From contig OZ024743.1 in NCBI GenBank assembly GCA_964016885.1, positions 349,246,001 to 349,310,000 on the forward strand: DNA of 64,000 nt, in the 5' to 3' direction. Source of the stretch: Eledone cirrhosa (lineage: Eukaryota). Below, in pieces: positions 25,975 through 38,901 of this stretch (position 1 is its first letter; every line of letters starts with the position of its first letter). The notes beneath the pieces were generated by a model, which was given only the letters and a program-made list of their open reading frames with translations, was not told the origin of the DNA and ran no database searches. The position numbers and the translations under genes were made by a program.

Positions 25975-27568
25975 AGGAATTACAACTGGCAGTAAAAGAA
26001 CAAAACGGTGAGTACATTAAATTACTACACACAAAATACTTAAAACTTAGACCTATTATAGCTGGTCCAACATGCCTCACCCACCGTCTAAGCAATTTTT
26101 TTGACATTATTTTGAAACCACTATGTATTCACATACCCAGTTTCATCCGGGATGATATCGACTTCCTGTCCCATCTTCCCAAAACCACGCAAACGGATTC
26201 ATTTCTACTTAGTTTTTATGTGGTAAGCCTTTACACCAACATTACACATGATTTAGGAATAAAGGCAGTTAAATACTGCGTGGAAAAACATAGAGAAGTG
26301 ATTCCCATCAGATTCACAGCGCCATTTATATTAGACGCAGTTAAACTTATTCTGGAAAACAACACTTTCTTCTTCAATGGAAAGAATTACATCCAAATTA
26401 GAGACACGGCGATGGGAACGAAGTTTGCTCCCGTTTATGCGAACTCTGTAATGGGATACTTCGAACAACAACTCTACCAAGAAATAGAGGAAAAATATAG
26501 TACTGACTTTAGAAAGTACATTGAAAAATCTTGGAAGAGATACCTTGACGACTGTTTCATCATCTGAACAGAATCTCTAGATAATCTGGATGAGTTCAAT
26601 ATCCTCATGAATAACCTACACCCATCTCTCCAATTCACAAAAGAGATGAGTAGTACCAAACTACCATTCCTAGATATAATGCTAATCACAAACAAGACCA
26701 CCATTACCACAGATATATATTATAAACACACAGACACCCATCAATATCTGAATTTTAAGTCGTGCCATCCACCTCATACAAAACGCAACATCACATACTG
26801 CCTAGCCAGAAGAATTTGTACCATTGTTCAAGATACGAATACCAGGTACAAACGCGTAACAGAACTAAGAGAATTTTTGCTCAAACAAAAAGACCAATCT
26901 CTACTTATGGAAAATGGCATACAGCTGGCTATAAAAATAGCTATACAACAACTTAGGACAACCCAAGGAAGAAGAAACCAAGAACTGGTCATACCATTTA
27001 TAATGACACACAACCCATGTCACCAGAATATCTTCAACACTGCCAAAGCAAACCCACCGATCATTGCTCAAAGTAATGAATTAAAAGGCTTAATCACAGA
27101 TCGATATTTGACTCTTAGTAAAAAACAGCCGAAAAATTTGAAGCAGTTACTAACAAACGCAAAATTTGACCTTAACAACAAAGACCAATCATTCACTGTA
27201 TCTAAATGCAATGATAGTCGATGTGGCACCTGTCAATCCATACACGCCGGTCAATATATGAAAACAAAAACTGGAAAAATATTCTCAAATGCAAAATCAG
27301 AAATCTAATTTACTGCATTAAATGCCCGAATTGTGAAGAACTATATGTCTGTCAAACTGGAAATGCACTATCGGAACGTGTACACCGACAGCAAATCAGA
27401 GACCCAAATGTCCCTAGATACCCCTACGTAACCATCTAACAACATGTGGTCAGGGAATATTTACAATATTCTCATTCTACAAATTACACAGCCCAAGTGA
27501 AATCAAGAGAAAAATCAAAGAAAAGAATTTTATTGATAAATTCTAACCCGAGCTAAATGAACATATAA
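25975..27568 (+). mobile_element. 5'-truncated Penelope-like element PLE4 (RT and GIY-YIG), pseudogenised
   Basis: LRPIIAGP, SFYVVSLYTNI, TAMGTKFAPVYAN, WKRYLDDCFII*, LPFLDI, YYKHTDTHQYL, CNDSRCGTC, NLIYCIKCPNCEELYVCQTG, PELN. Confidence 0.95.
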
Positions 27569-28028
27569 TAATGGGGTATTAATCCTACTATGACTATGAC
27601 TACGACTACTAACAACAACAACAACAATAATAATAATAATAAAAGTGATGTTGATGGTGATGATTACTAGAAAATGCTATTTTCATCATTTCTAAAAATA
27701 GCAAAACAATTGATGCTTTGGATAGGGTCAATTAGTAGTCGTTAGACATGCTCAACCAACCGTGACGCCTAAACCAATCAGCTTTAGTAATCCAGTGAAT
27801 CTACACACCGATTGGTCGAAATACAATTTGCAATAATTTAGCATTCTGGAGCCACTTTTTACTGTATATAAGGCACAACATTTACCCATCTCATTATAGT
27901 TGAAAATTGTAAACTTGACTGTCACCACACAGTATGAACCTGAAAATTGCGAAACCATGAAAGAACTTGTTAAATTAACACTTAACATTTATTATTCTAC
28001 CATACTATTTCATTCTAATACCATTATA

Positions 28029-28217
28029 GGCGGTAGATTGGCAGTATCGGTAGAGGGTCGGATGCCATGCTTTCCAGCATAGTTACGTTCCTTAACGATC
28101 TGAGTTCAAATCCCGCTGAGGTTCACTTTGTCTTTCATCCTTACGGGGTCGATAAAATAAAGTACCAGTAATGCACTGGGTAATTGCTGGCCTTGTGCCA
28201 AAAGGTAGAAACAATTA
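28029..28217 (+). mobile_element. tRNA-derived SINE
   Basis: Full-length family copy. Confidence 0.92.
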
Positions 28218-28276
28218 TAAATTTTAAAGGATTGTAAATAAAACGAGTAAATCAGACAAAGTTGGAATTCCTTTTA

Positions 28277-28369
<93 letters not shown>

Positions 28370-29171
28370 ATAAATACATACATACATAAGATGTTAACTG
28401 CTACTAGACTGCAACATATTTGTTTTGAATATTATCGTTTGAGTAAGGAAATTTTATTTTTCATTCTTCCTCTAAATATGATAAAACTTGCACCTGCCAG
28501 TGCTTACAAAGCACAGTACGTCCATCATTACCATCAAAGCTATCAACCACTCCGAACAATATCACCGCCGCCACCAAAAACCACCACCAATACCAACACC
28601 ATCTCGATGACAACGACGTTGATCAAACACCACCATCAATTCAATATCGCTACAGATGTTATCATTTTAACACTTCCGCAACCACTACCCCCAACATACA
28701 TCGTGGGCCAGATTTTCTTTCACATTATTTTTTCACCTTACCCTCGCTCACTTTCTATCAAACCTGCACATGCGTATATGATTATATACATATTCATCAA
28801 GAAGTATGCACCCAAATACATATATGCACACATACTTATATGCACATTCTCACACACAATCATCCAGAAAGAAATATAGTTGTAAGTAGATGTGCATACA
28901 CATCCATATTTGCGTACACCAAAGGCAATTATACAGAATTTCCTACAACAAAATTTAATTCCGACACACACATCAACCCCGATGAGATAGCAGGTTTACA
29001 ACGTTAATACTCAAGGTGAAACATTTTGGAGAGGGTTAAATGAATTACTTGTAGTCGATGAGACCGAAACATTTGAATTGAAAACATAAAGAGCGAGAAC
29101 TCTCACACGATTTCACTGCATGAAACAGAGACGTTCTTAAGCGGGTTATACAAACTCCTAATCCACTCTAT

Positions 29172-29357
29172 AATAATTGTTTCCATTTTTGGCACAAGGC
29201 CAACAATTATCCCACTGTATTACTGGTACTTTATTTATTATGAGGATGAAAGGAGAAGTTAACCTCGGTTGGGATTTGAACTCAGACCGTAAAGGGGCAT
29301 AACTCTATGCTGCAAAGCAGGGAGTCCGAGCCTCTACAGATACTGCCAATCCACCGC
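29172..29357 (-). mobile_element. tRNA-derived SINE
   Basis: Family copy with a small internal deletion. Confidence 0.88.
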
Positions 29358-30585
29358 TCTTGTATAATAATAATGATAATAGTGGGAATAAAAAGAAAGA
29401 AAGTTGATGATGATGATGATGATAAGGAAACAATGACTATTGCTATATATCTATGTATGTTTCCATAACTCATGAGGGAGTCGTAGCTGCACCTTATTGA
29501 AATACAGCGTTACTAGGGCACATTCAAACCTAGCGGAGCCTATCTCTTCTTTAAGTCTAAATACAAACCCAAGCCGCACACCCAATACATATGCCATACA
29601 GGATTACTTCTAAATAGGTTTGCACCACAACCCCAATCCGATAGTGGCTTTACAGCGTTAATAGAACTATTAATATCTAATTGCACGTGGGCAGCACTTG
29701 TACCCGAGTACACATACCCACCCAAGACAAACTTAGGTCCATTATAGTGAATTTTAAATAAATTTTAAATATCCACTGCACGTCTCATTTTTACAACAAA
29801 TACAATAATTCTCTCACCACAACCCCATAGCAACTGATCACACACACACAAAGCCATATACGAGCACACTGAGTGCCTTATATACACTCATACACGCCTA
29901 CACCACCTATAGAGATAGGCCTTTTTGAGTCCGTAGTACTGGAACACATGAAATTAAAACATTAAAATATAAATATTTAATGTACCCGTAGATTTAGGTA
30001 TTTTAAGTGTTCCGCAAAATAACCAGTAACAGTTACAACAATAATTCTTAGTAAACATACGTTCTAGCATACATAAACACCTCTGACAGTCTGACAAAAT
30101 TACTATTGATTTGCAGAGTAAATCAATAATAATTTCAACACCACATACGCACACTTGTAGGTCAACACAACCACACATATATACAAATAAAATAAGTGCT
30201 ATACACATATACGCACCCACAACTCCACATACGTGCATTAAAATCCGAAGTACTAGAACTCATCTAACTAAAATGTGTGTGTTGTTTTATTTTTTAAATT
30301 GTATACCTCTGCCCATAATTTAATGTAAATTAAGTGTTAGCTTAGCAATCAGTAGGGCATACAACGAAATTATCTCGAACTGATACACCTGCTCACTTGG
30401 ATCTACTACAACAACAAGTGTATTACTGACTAGATCAGAGTTTCGTAAACGTGTTGGCTCACCGCCCCCCCTTCACGGCCACGTAATACACTCAGTGCCC
30501 CCCACTCCTATTTCCAGAGATACCTGCCTACACGCAAATTGTAAATAATTTATAATAAATAAAGTCGTTAATTTATATATAAGAA

Positions 30586-30650
30586 ATAATTGTTTCTACT
30601 TTTGGCACAAGGCCAGCAATTACTCAGTACATTACTGGTACTTTATTTTA
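30586..30650 (-). mobile_element. SINE 3' fragment
   Basis: ataattgtttctacttttggcacaaggccagcaattactcagtacattactggtactttatttta. Confidence 0.85.
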
Positions 30651-31018
30651 TATATAATAAATAATTTAACATATACTGTGTATAAATAGATATTATATAA
30701 CTTTTATTTTACTACATCTATATATATACTAGACCACCCGTGACCCGTTGCGTCACGTTCACTTCAAAATATCTTTTTAAAATCACGTTAATTTAAAAAT
30801 AATTTTAAAAAAAGTAAAATATAGATAGACATGTATATAATGTGAAATGAAACTGGAAGGCCCATATATATACGTGTGTGTATGTATATATATATAAACG
30901 TGTGTGTTTGTATACGTATATATATATATATTCATGTATGTGTGTGTGTGTATATATGGGAGTGGGTGTCTGCGATCTATATAGACTGGGCATAGACACA
31001 CATATATATACACACACT

Positions 31019-31078
<60 letters not shown>

Positions 31079-31367
31079 CAAATAACGAAACGAAATTAAA
31101 TTTCGTTTCGTTTGTAACTCACTTTTGTATGACTGACGCTTAAACAATTAAGTTAAAGATGTACATCCATATATGTATACTGAAATACTAGTATGTATAT
31201 GAATACACACACGTATACATATGTAGATGTACCAAGTGTTTTCACTGGTCACTTTACTGTGAGTGGCCAGCTATTCTGTATGTAAACACACAGACAAACC
31301 GGTTTTTAGAGTCATACTGGTTTTTGAGGAAACACCTTTCCTCTATTCTCCAGAAAGCCAGACAAGG

Positions 31368-31412
31368 AATATTGAACTAGTTTCGTTGTTGTTACAACTC
31401 ATCAGCAATATT
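31368..31412 (-). ncRNA. Minimal type I hammerhead ribozyme (family C, unit 1)
   Basis: Minus strand: AATATTG CTGATGA GTTGT-aaca-ACAAC GAA ACTAGT T^ CAATATT; 7-bp helix I, palindromic helix III. Confidence 0.88.
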
Positions 31413-31834
31413 TACCTATCTTCCGGCCTCTCTAGAGAATCGTAAAAGCACATATCGTTATATGCTTTTTCTATGAAAATTAGTAGTGGGCAGACTAATT
31501 TGCATAGAGTGTGAGTAAGTACCGGTTCAACGGAGACGATAAAAACAAATAACGAAACGAAATTAAATTTCGTTTCGTTTGTAACTCACTTTTGTATGAC
31601 TGACGCTTAAACAATTAAGTTAAAGATGTACATCCATATATGTATACTGAAATACTAGTATGTATATGAATACACACACGTATACATATGTAGATGTACC
31701 AAGATTTTTCACTGGTCACTTTACTGTGAGTGGCCAGCTATTCTGTATGTAAACACACAGACAAACCGGTTTTTAGAGTCATACTGGTTTTTGAGGAAAC
31801 ACCTTTCCTCTATTCTCCAGAAAGCCAGACAAGG

Positions 31835-31879
31835 AATATTGAACTAGTTTCGTTGTTGTTACAACTCATCAGCAATATT
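31835..31879 (-). ncRNA. Minimal type I hammerhead ribozyme (family C, unit 2)
   Basis: Identical to 31368-31412, 467 bp away. Confidence 0.88.
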
Positions 31880-32316
31880 TACCTATCTTCCGGCCTCTCT
31901 AGAGAATCGTAAAAGCACATATCGTTATATGCTTTTTCTATGAAAATTAGTAGTGGGCAGACTAATTTGCATAGAGTGTGAGTAAGTACCGGTTCAACGG
32001 AGACGATAAAAACAAATAACGAAACGAAATTAAATTTCGAAATTAAATTTCGAAATTAAATGAGTTGTAACAACAACGAAACTAGTTCAATATTCCTTGT
32101 CTGGCTTTCTGGAGAATAGAGGAAAGGTGTTTCCTCAAAAACCAGTATGACTCTAAAAACCGGTTTGTCTGTGTGTTTACATACAGAATAGCTGGCCACT
32201 CACAGTAAAGTGACCAGTGAAAAAACTTGGTACATCTACATATGTATACGTGTGTGTATTCATATACATACTAGTATTTCAGTATACATATATGGATGTA
32301 CATCTTTAACTTAATT

Positions 32317-32373
<57 letters not shown>

Positions 32374-32466
32374 AGCTCTCTCTTCCATACTTCTCTGTCT
32401 CATCTCCATCTCTCTATGTCACTCCTTCAAATTACTCTCTCACAACCACTATCTCTTTCTCTCTAT

Positions 32467-32558
<92 letters not shown>

Positions 32559-32643
32559 CTCTGTTGATGAAGGTACCCACAAGAGGAGTGACATAGAGAG
32601 ATTGACAAAAAAAAGTAAAATATAGATTGACATGTATATAATA

Positions 32644-32786
<143 letters not shown>

Positions 32787-32796
32787 GAGAGAGAGA

Positions 32797-32865
<69 letters not shown>

Positions 32866-33141
32866 TATATACATGTCTATCTATATTTTACTTTTTTTAA
32901 ATTATTTTTAAATTAACGTGATTTTAAGTCACTCTCTCTCTCTACCTCTGTTCATGAAGGTACCCTATCTCGGGAACCCGTGTTTCGATATACGCGAAAC
33001 TTGTTTCATTCTATTTGTATTCCCATTTCAGGGGCAACCTCTTTTCAAAGTATTATGCGTCCTTATATTCCCCTTAAAATAATTTTTAAATAATTAAAAT
33101 ATACACAGACATGTATATAATGTGAAATGAAACTGCAAGGC

Positions 33142-33199
<58 letters not shown>

Positions 33200-33295
33200 G
33201 TTTGTGTATGTACATATATATCAATGTGTGTGTTTGTATACATATATATATATGTATGTGTGTATGTATGTATATATATATATATCTATCTATCT

Positions 33296-33490
33296 AAGGC
33301 GGGTAAAATTCCCGAGATCCATGGACGAGTTCTCTCCAGCGGTCTCTGTCCCTCATTATCGCTGCCATATCCTGCATCTCCAACAGACCAGTGTCTGTCC
33401 TTAGGGCATCAACATATGTTAACCTTGGTCTTCCTCTTCTAGTGTGTCCATGTAGGGGCTCCCAAAGGAGCACTGAGTGCAATGTCAACT
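33296..33490 (-). mobile_element. RTE-like LINE extreme 3' fragment (family R1)
   Basis: [35 protein letters not shown], followed by a (TAGA)n-like tail. Confidence 0.85.
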
Positions 33491-33621
33491 ATATATATAT
33501 ATGGGTGCCTATAATCTATATACACTGGTCATAGAAACCCACACACATATACACACATTTATATATACACACACATTCACTTATATATATATATATACAC
33601 AACAACACCAACAGCTCTCTC

Positions 33622-33680
<59 letters not shown>

Positions 33681-33994
33681 CTCTGTCTCATCTGCCTCAC
33701 TCTATGTCTCTCTATCAATCTACTCTCTCACAACCACTATCTCTTTCCATCTATCTTTCTCAGAAAACCCAATATCGCGAGTTCCCGTGCTTCGATTTAC
33801 GCGAAACTTGTTTTATCCTATTTTATCCCCATTTCAGGGGCAACTTCCTTCTAAAGAATGTTGCCACTATGCGCCCTTTTGGGTGTATTACATTACAGAC
33901 AAGTAGGCAAGCAAGCAAGCAATCCAACCAAAGTGAGTGTGTTCTGTTATTATTTCTGGCAATTTTATTACAACAATATGACCCTTCCCAAGTA

Positions 33995-34051
<57 letters not shown>

Positions 34052-34194
34052 CCAAAGATTAATATGGTTCATTGATTACTCAATGAATATAGTTTTACAA
34101 TAGATTAAAATCACTCTACAAAGAAGTTTTCTGGAGTTATTAATATTATTCAAAATATTAATAAATGAAGTCGTTCACATAATCAAAATATATG

Positions 34195-34257
34195 TTTTAT
34201 TATATATATTTCGGAGGTACTGTGCTGTTTTTTTCAGTACGTACTCATCAGATAAAA
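34195..34257 (-). ncRNA. Minimal hammerhead motif (family B, left arm; helix II partly mismatched)
   Basis: TTTTAT CTGATGA gtacGTACTG..CAGTACctcc GAAA T-atat-A TA^ ATAAAA. Confidence 0.7.
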
Positions 34258-34519
34258 TATATGAATTGATGTATGACATACCTCAACTGTCTTCATGGTT
34301 CAAATCCAGTATTGGCAGTGATTTATTACAACAAATATCAATATTTATATACAAATAATAACATGATAAACTTAAATATGATGAAGAAGAGGATGTGGAG
34401 CGAGATATAATTATAAGGAGGAGGTCAGTATGAGAAAATGTAAGAAGAAATAAATAAACACATACGTACATAAATATTTAAATATTTAAATGCGTAAATA
34501 TCTGTGTTAGGGAAGAAAG

Positions 34520-34573
<54 letters not shown>

Positions 34574-35733
34574 AAGAAAGAAGAAGAGAGAAAAAAGAAC
34601 AGAAGACAGAAGAAGGAGAGAGAGAGAAAAAGGAGAGAGAAGAGGGGAGAGGTAACTGCAAAAAAGGAAAGAATGTAAGAAAGAAAGAAAGAAGAAAGGG
34701 ACGTGATACGTGACCGTTGTTTTCAAATATTAAGTCAAATAGAAGCGACCAATTAAATACCATGAAATTTTTAATATCTTTTGTATCTGGTTATGTTTGA
34801 GCTAATTATAGTAATATTGTATATCAAAATTAAACAATATTAAAATATTTTCTATAATAATCAGATATAGTTACGGAATTAAAATCGAAATAATAATACT
34901 TTCAAGAGTAAGTATAACTACTTATTAATCCTATAAGTAAATGACAACTGTTTATAATGTAAAAAGTATAATTCAGATAATAATTCTAAATATTATATAA
35001 AATGCATATACTGATGGTGATATACGAATATGTTGTGGTAAATATCCTTATACATATTTAATATGTTTGTAAACTTGTTTGATATGTAAAAATGTTTTTG
35101 ATTTTTTAATTTTGTAGCAAAATATTAAATATATTTATTAATTGCTTCTGATTATTATTATAGAACATATTTTGATATTGTTTAATTTTGATATAATATA
35201 TTAGTATAATTAGCTCAAGCATAACCAAATACAAAAGATATTAAAAATGTCATGGTATTTAATTGGTCGCTTCTATTTGACTTAATATTTAAAAACAACG
35301 GCCACGCATCATGTCCGTTTCATCTTTCTTTCTTTATTTCTTTCATTCTTTCCTTTTTATAGTTACGTCTTCCCTCTTCTCTCTCCTTTTTCTCTCTCTC
35401 TCTCCTATCTTCTCTTCTTTTTTCTCTCTTCTTATTTCTTCTCTTCTATCTATCTCTCTCTCTCTCTTCCTTTTCTTCGCTAACACACATATTTAAGCAT
35501 TTAAATATTTAAATATTTATGTACGTATCTGTTTATTTATTTCTTCTTACATTGTCTCATACTCACCCCCTTCTATACTTATATCTCGCTCCGCAGCCTC
35601 TTCTTCATCATATTTAAGTTTATCATGTTATTATTTGTGTATATAAATATTGATATTTGTTGTAATAAATCACTGCCAATACTGGAATTGAACCATCAAG
35701 ACAGTTGAGGTCTGTCATACTTCAATTCATATA

Positions 35734-35795
35734 TTTTATCTGATGAGGACGTACTGAAAAATCAGCAGAGTACCTCCGAAATATATATAATAAAA
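35734..35795 (+). ncRNA. Minimal hammerhead motif (family B, right arm)
   Basis: TTTTAT CTGATGA GGAcGTACT..AGTACcTCC GAAA T-atat-A TA^ ATAAAA. Confidence 0.8.
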
Positions 35796-36019
35796 CATAC
35801 ATTTTGATTATGTGAACGTCTTCATTTATCAATATTTTGAATAATATATATATATTATATATATATATATATATGAAGGACGTATACGTCCTTCATATTA
35901 TTGTTCTGCATCCTCCTGCATTGAACCACCTAGGTACTATGACATAACCTATGTATTTGCTAGCATTAGCGTACATCTGTACGCATATGTTAGTAGATAT
36001 ACTAAATTCTATATATATA

Positions 36020-37170
36020 TTAAATTAACAGATGAAAGTTTAACCAAAGAATCGCTGCTTTCACCCTTAACGGGATCTTCTGAAATAAAAAAAATCAATC
36101 TGTGAAAGCAGAAGAAATATTTCGAAAAACGTTACAACCGAAAGAAAACAGGAAGACGATATTTTGGTTTGTGAAGACGTTCCCTGGCAATCAACGGGAA
36201 AAGCGAAGAGAAAAATTACACGGAAAACAAAACACGTTTATGGTATAAATGGAATCATTAGACTAATATTCTATTCAGGAAACCGAATCATTCGGTTTCC
36301 TAAATAGAATATCTAAACTATAATAAAGCAAGGAGTGCGGCACTGCGTCCAGATTATATTTGTTTATCCCGTTTGTAAAATAAGTTGGATTACTTTGAAT
36401 GAATAATGAATGAATATTATATAATTTATCTACAACATTTCGTTATTCTTGATTAAATCTAAATAATTATGTTGCTTATTTTAAGATTCACTTCTTTAGA
36501 ATTTTCAAATGTCAACACTTCCGGTTAGCAATCGCATAAATAAACATTCATATATTTCCGTCACTAATTTTCTCCTAATGCAGTTTATATATAATATCGG
36601 CTTTTTTTTTTTTTATGTATCATGGATTACGTTACTGATTTCATAAGACAGTGTAACGCAGTCTTCGTTCAATTTCTGTGTATATTGTCAATTACGATTT
36701 TATTTGATGTATCATATCTACATATTGATATTATACTTGTGTAAAATATCAATATGCACACTACACATCTCAGAAGAATGCCACCCGCAGGGTGTTTGTT
36801 CTGCGAGTTAGTCTAAATACTCCATTTATACCATAAACGCGGGTTTGTCTTTGCATGTAATTGTTCTCATCGCTCCACATAACGACGGTTTTTCCGCTTT
36901 TTTCCTTTCATTGGCAGGGAACGTCTTCACGAAACAAAGTATTGTCTTTCTATCTTCCTTCGGTTGCAACGTTTTTCGAAATATTTACTTCTGCGTTCGC
37001 AGATTGACTTTTTGGGTTTCAGAGGATCCCGTTAAGGGTGAAACCAACGATTCTTTGCTTAAACTTTAATCTGTTATTTTAATAAATATTTGCTCAAGGG
37101 TACTTATATATTTGATATATATTCATCCTTATTTCGATTTTAGTCTCCGCATTTATTATTATTACTATAA
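36020..37170. mobile_element. Palindromic family E element (inverted arms centred near 36290), interrupted by Helitron H1
   Basis: The centre is attctattcaggaaaccgaat-c-attcggtttcctaaatagaat. The arms match 25025-25570. HHR-like motifs lie at 36038-36086 (-) and 37016-37064 (+). Confidence 0.8.
36312..36807 (+). mobile_element. Non-autonomous Helitron, family H1
   Basis: It starts A|TCTAAACTATAATAAAG and ends with a CACCC-gca-GGGTG hairpin and CGAG|T (mutated CTAG). The empty site aaatagaatA|Ttagtc is seen at about 25181-25196, so insertion was between A and T with no TSD. Confidence 0.9.
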
Positions 37171-37680
37171 CTAACCTCATGTATATGCATATATTTATGT
37201 ATATATATATATATATATATATATACACAATTAAATTAAATTAAAGGTGTCATGTCCGAGAGACATGCGCCATATCGACAGTAGAATATGCTCAAAGATT
37301 GCAATGAATAGATCCGAGCATTTTATATCAACTGGAAATTGATCGACATATATATATATATATATATATATATAAATTGAAACAAAATGAAAACGAAATT
37401 TCATTTCTCACTCTTAGTATGGCACTTACTTAAATGTAAGTATGCATGTATACGTACATACATATATGTATACAGACGTACAGTAGCATGCACATATATA
37501 TATATATATACATATATATATACATATGCATACAGGTACACATACATATATGCACGTATCAGTTTAGCGGCGCTTATTATAACGTCGCTTTGTTCGTTTG
37601 TAAACAAACTGAACAGCCTGAATTTATGCCATACGGTGTTAAGGCAACCACGTCACCTTTTTGTTCAACACTGACACAGG

Positions 37681-37725
37681 AACGATGTACTAGTTTCAAG
37701 CTTGTTAGCTATCATCAGCACCGTT
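37681..37725 (-). ncRNA. Minimal type I hammerhead ribozyme (family D)
   Basis: AACGGTG CTGATGA t-AGCT-aaca-AGCT-t GAA ACTAGT A^ CATCGTT. Confidence 0.85.
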
Positions 37726-38142
37726 TACCCATCTGCCAGATAGTTGAACGTTCGAAAGTATATACTTTCCTTATGAAAATTAACGGCTGAGCAGCCTAAT
37801 TTGCATATTGAGTGAGTTAAATCGGTCAGGCATACCGAAAACGATAAATTGAAACAAAATGAAAACGAAATTTCATTTCTCACTCTTAGTATGGCACTTA
37901 CTTAAATGTAAGTATGCATGTATACGTACATACATATATGTATACAGACGTACAGTAGCATGCACATATATATATATATATACATATATATATACATATG
38001 CATACAGGTTTTGTTTCAATTTATCGTTTTCGGTATGCCTGACCGATTTAACTCACTCAATATGCAAATTAGGCTGCTCAGCCGTTAATTTTCATAAGGA
38101 AAGTATATACTTTCGAACGTTCAACTATCTGGCAGATGGGTA

Positions 38143-38187
38143 AACGGTGCTGATGATAGCTAACAAGCTTGAAACTAGTACATCGTT
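38143..38187 (+). ncRNA. Minimal type I hammerhead ribozyme (family D)
   Basis: Same motif on the + strand; GUA cleavage after 38180. Confidence 0.85.
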
Positions 38188-38614
38188 CCTGTGTCAGTGT
38201 TGAACAAAAAGGTGACGTGGTTGCCTTAACACCGTATGGCATAAATTCAGGCTGTTCAGTTTGTTTACAAACGAACAAAGCGACGTTATAATAAGCGCCG
38301 CTAAACTGATACGTGCATATATGTATGTGTACCTGTATGCATATGTATATATATATGTATATATATATATATATGTGCATGCTACTGTACGTCTGTATAC
38401 ATATATGTATGTACGTATACATGCATACTTACATTTAAGTAAGTGCCATACTAAGAGTGAGAAATGAAATTTCGTTTTCATTTTGTTTCAATTTATCGTT
38501 TTCGGTATGCCTGACCGATTTAACTCACTCAATATGCAAATTAGGCTGCTCAGCCGTTAATTTTCATAAGGAAAGTATATACTTTCGAACGTTCAACTAT
38601 CTGGCAGATGGGTA

Positions 38615-38659
38615 AACGGTGCTGATGATAGCTAACAAGCTTGAAACTAGTACATCGTT
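38615..38659 (+). ncRNA. Minimal type I hammerhead ribozyme (family D)
   Basis: Same motif 472 bp downstream; GUA cleavage after 38652. Confidence 0.85.
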
Positions 38660-38901
38660 CCTGTGTCAGTGTTGAACAAAAAGGTGACGTGGTTGCCTTA
38701 ACACCGTATGGCATAAATTCAGGCTGTTCAGTTTGTTTACAAACGAACAAAGCGACGTTATAATAAGCGCCGCTAAACTGATACGTGCATATATGTATGT
38801 GTACCTGTATGCATATGTATATATATATGTATATATATATATATATGTGCATGCTACTGTACGTCTGTATACATATATGTATGTACGTATACATGCATAC
38901 T

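Larger units (their letters stand above)
31072..32321. mobile_element. Retrozyme-like element C: two 467-bp tandem units plus a partial unit (sense minus) joined to an inverted partial unit, flanked by (TA)n
   Basis: Units start at 31072, 31539 and 32006 (identical ORFs at 31263 and 31730 confirm the 467-bp period). The inverted arm spans 32060-32321. There is one HHR per unit. Confidence 0.9.
34141..35848. mobile_element. HHR-bearing palindromic element B (arms approx. 34141-34865 and 35147-35848, diverged)
   Basis: The arms are reverse complements along their length with scattered substitutions and indels; the spacer is about 280 bp; an HHR lies near each outer end. Confidence 0.9.

Noticed and set aside
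26565-26567. In-frame TGA in PLE4 as selenocysteine or readthrough
   Set aside because: It falls at the usual Trp of YxDDxFxxW (TGG to TGA), and the copy has other lesions.
31263-31912. Repeated 60-aa ORF in family C and 95/114-aa ORFs in family D as proteins
   Set aside because: They are antisense to the ribozyme, are not conserved between C and D, and partly translate TA-rich sequence.
37228-37310. TTAA-flanked repeat shared with 40027-40100 as a DNA-transposon terminus
   Set aside because: The repeat is real, but no partner inverted terminus was found, so no class can be assigned.
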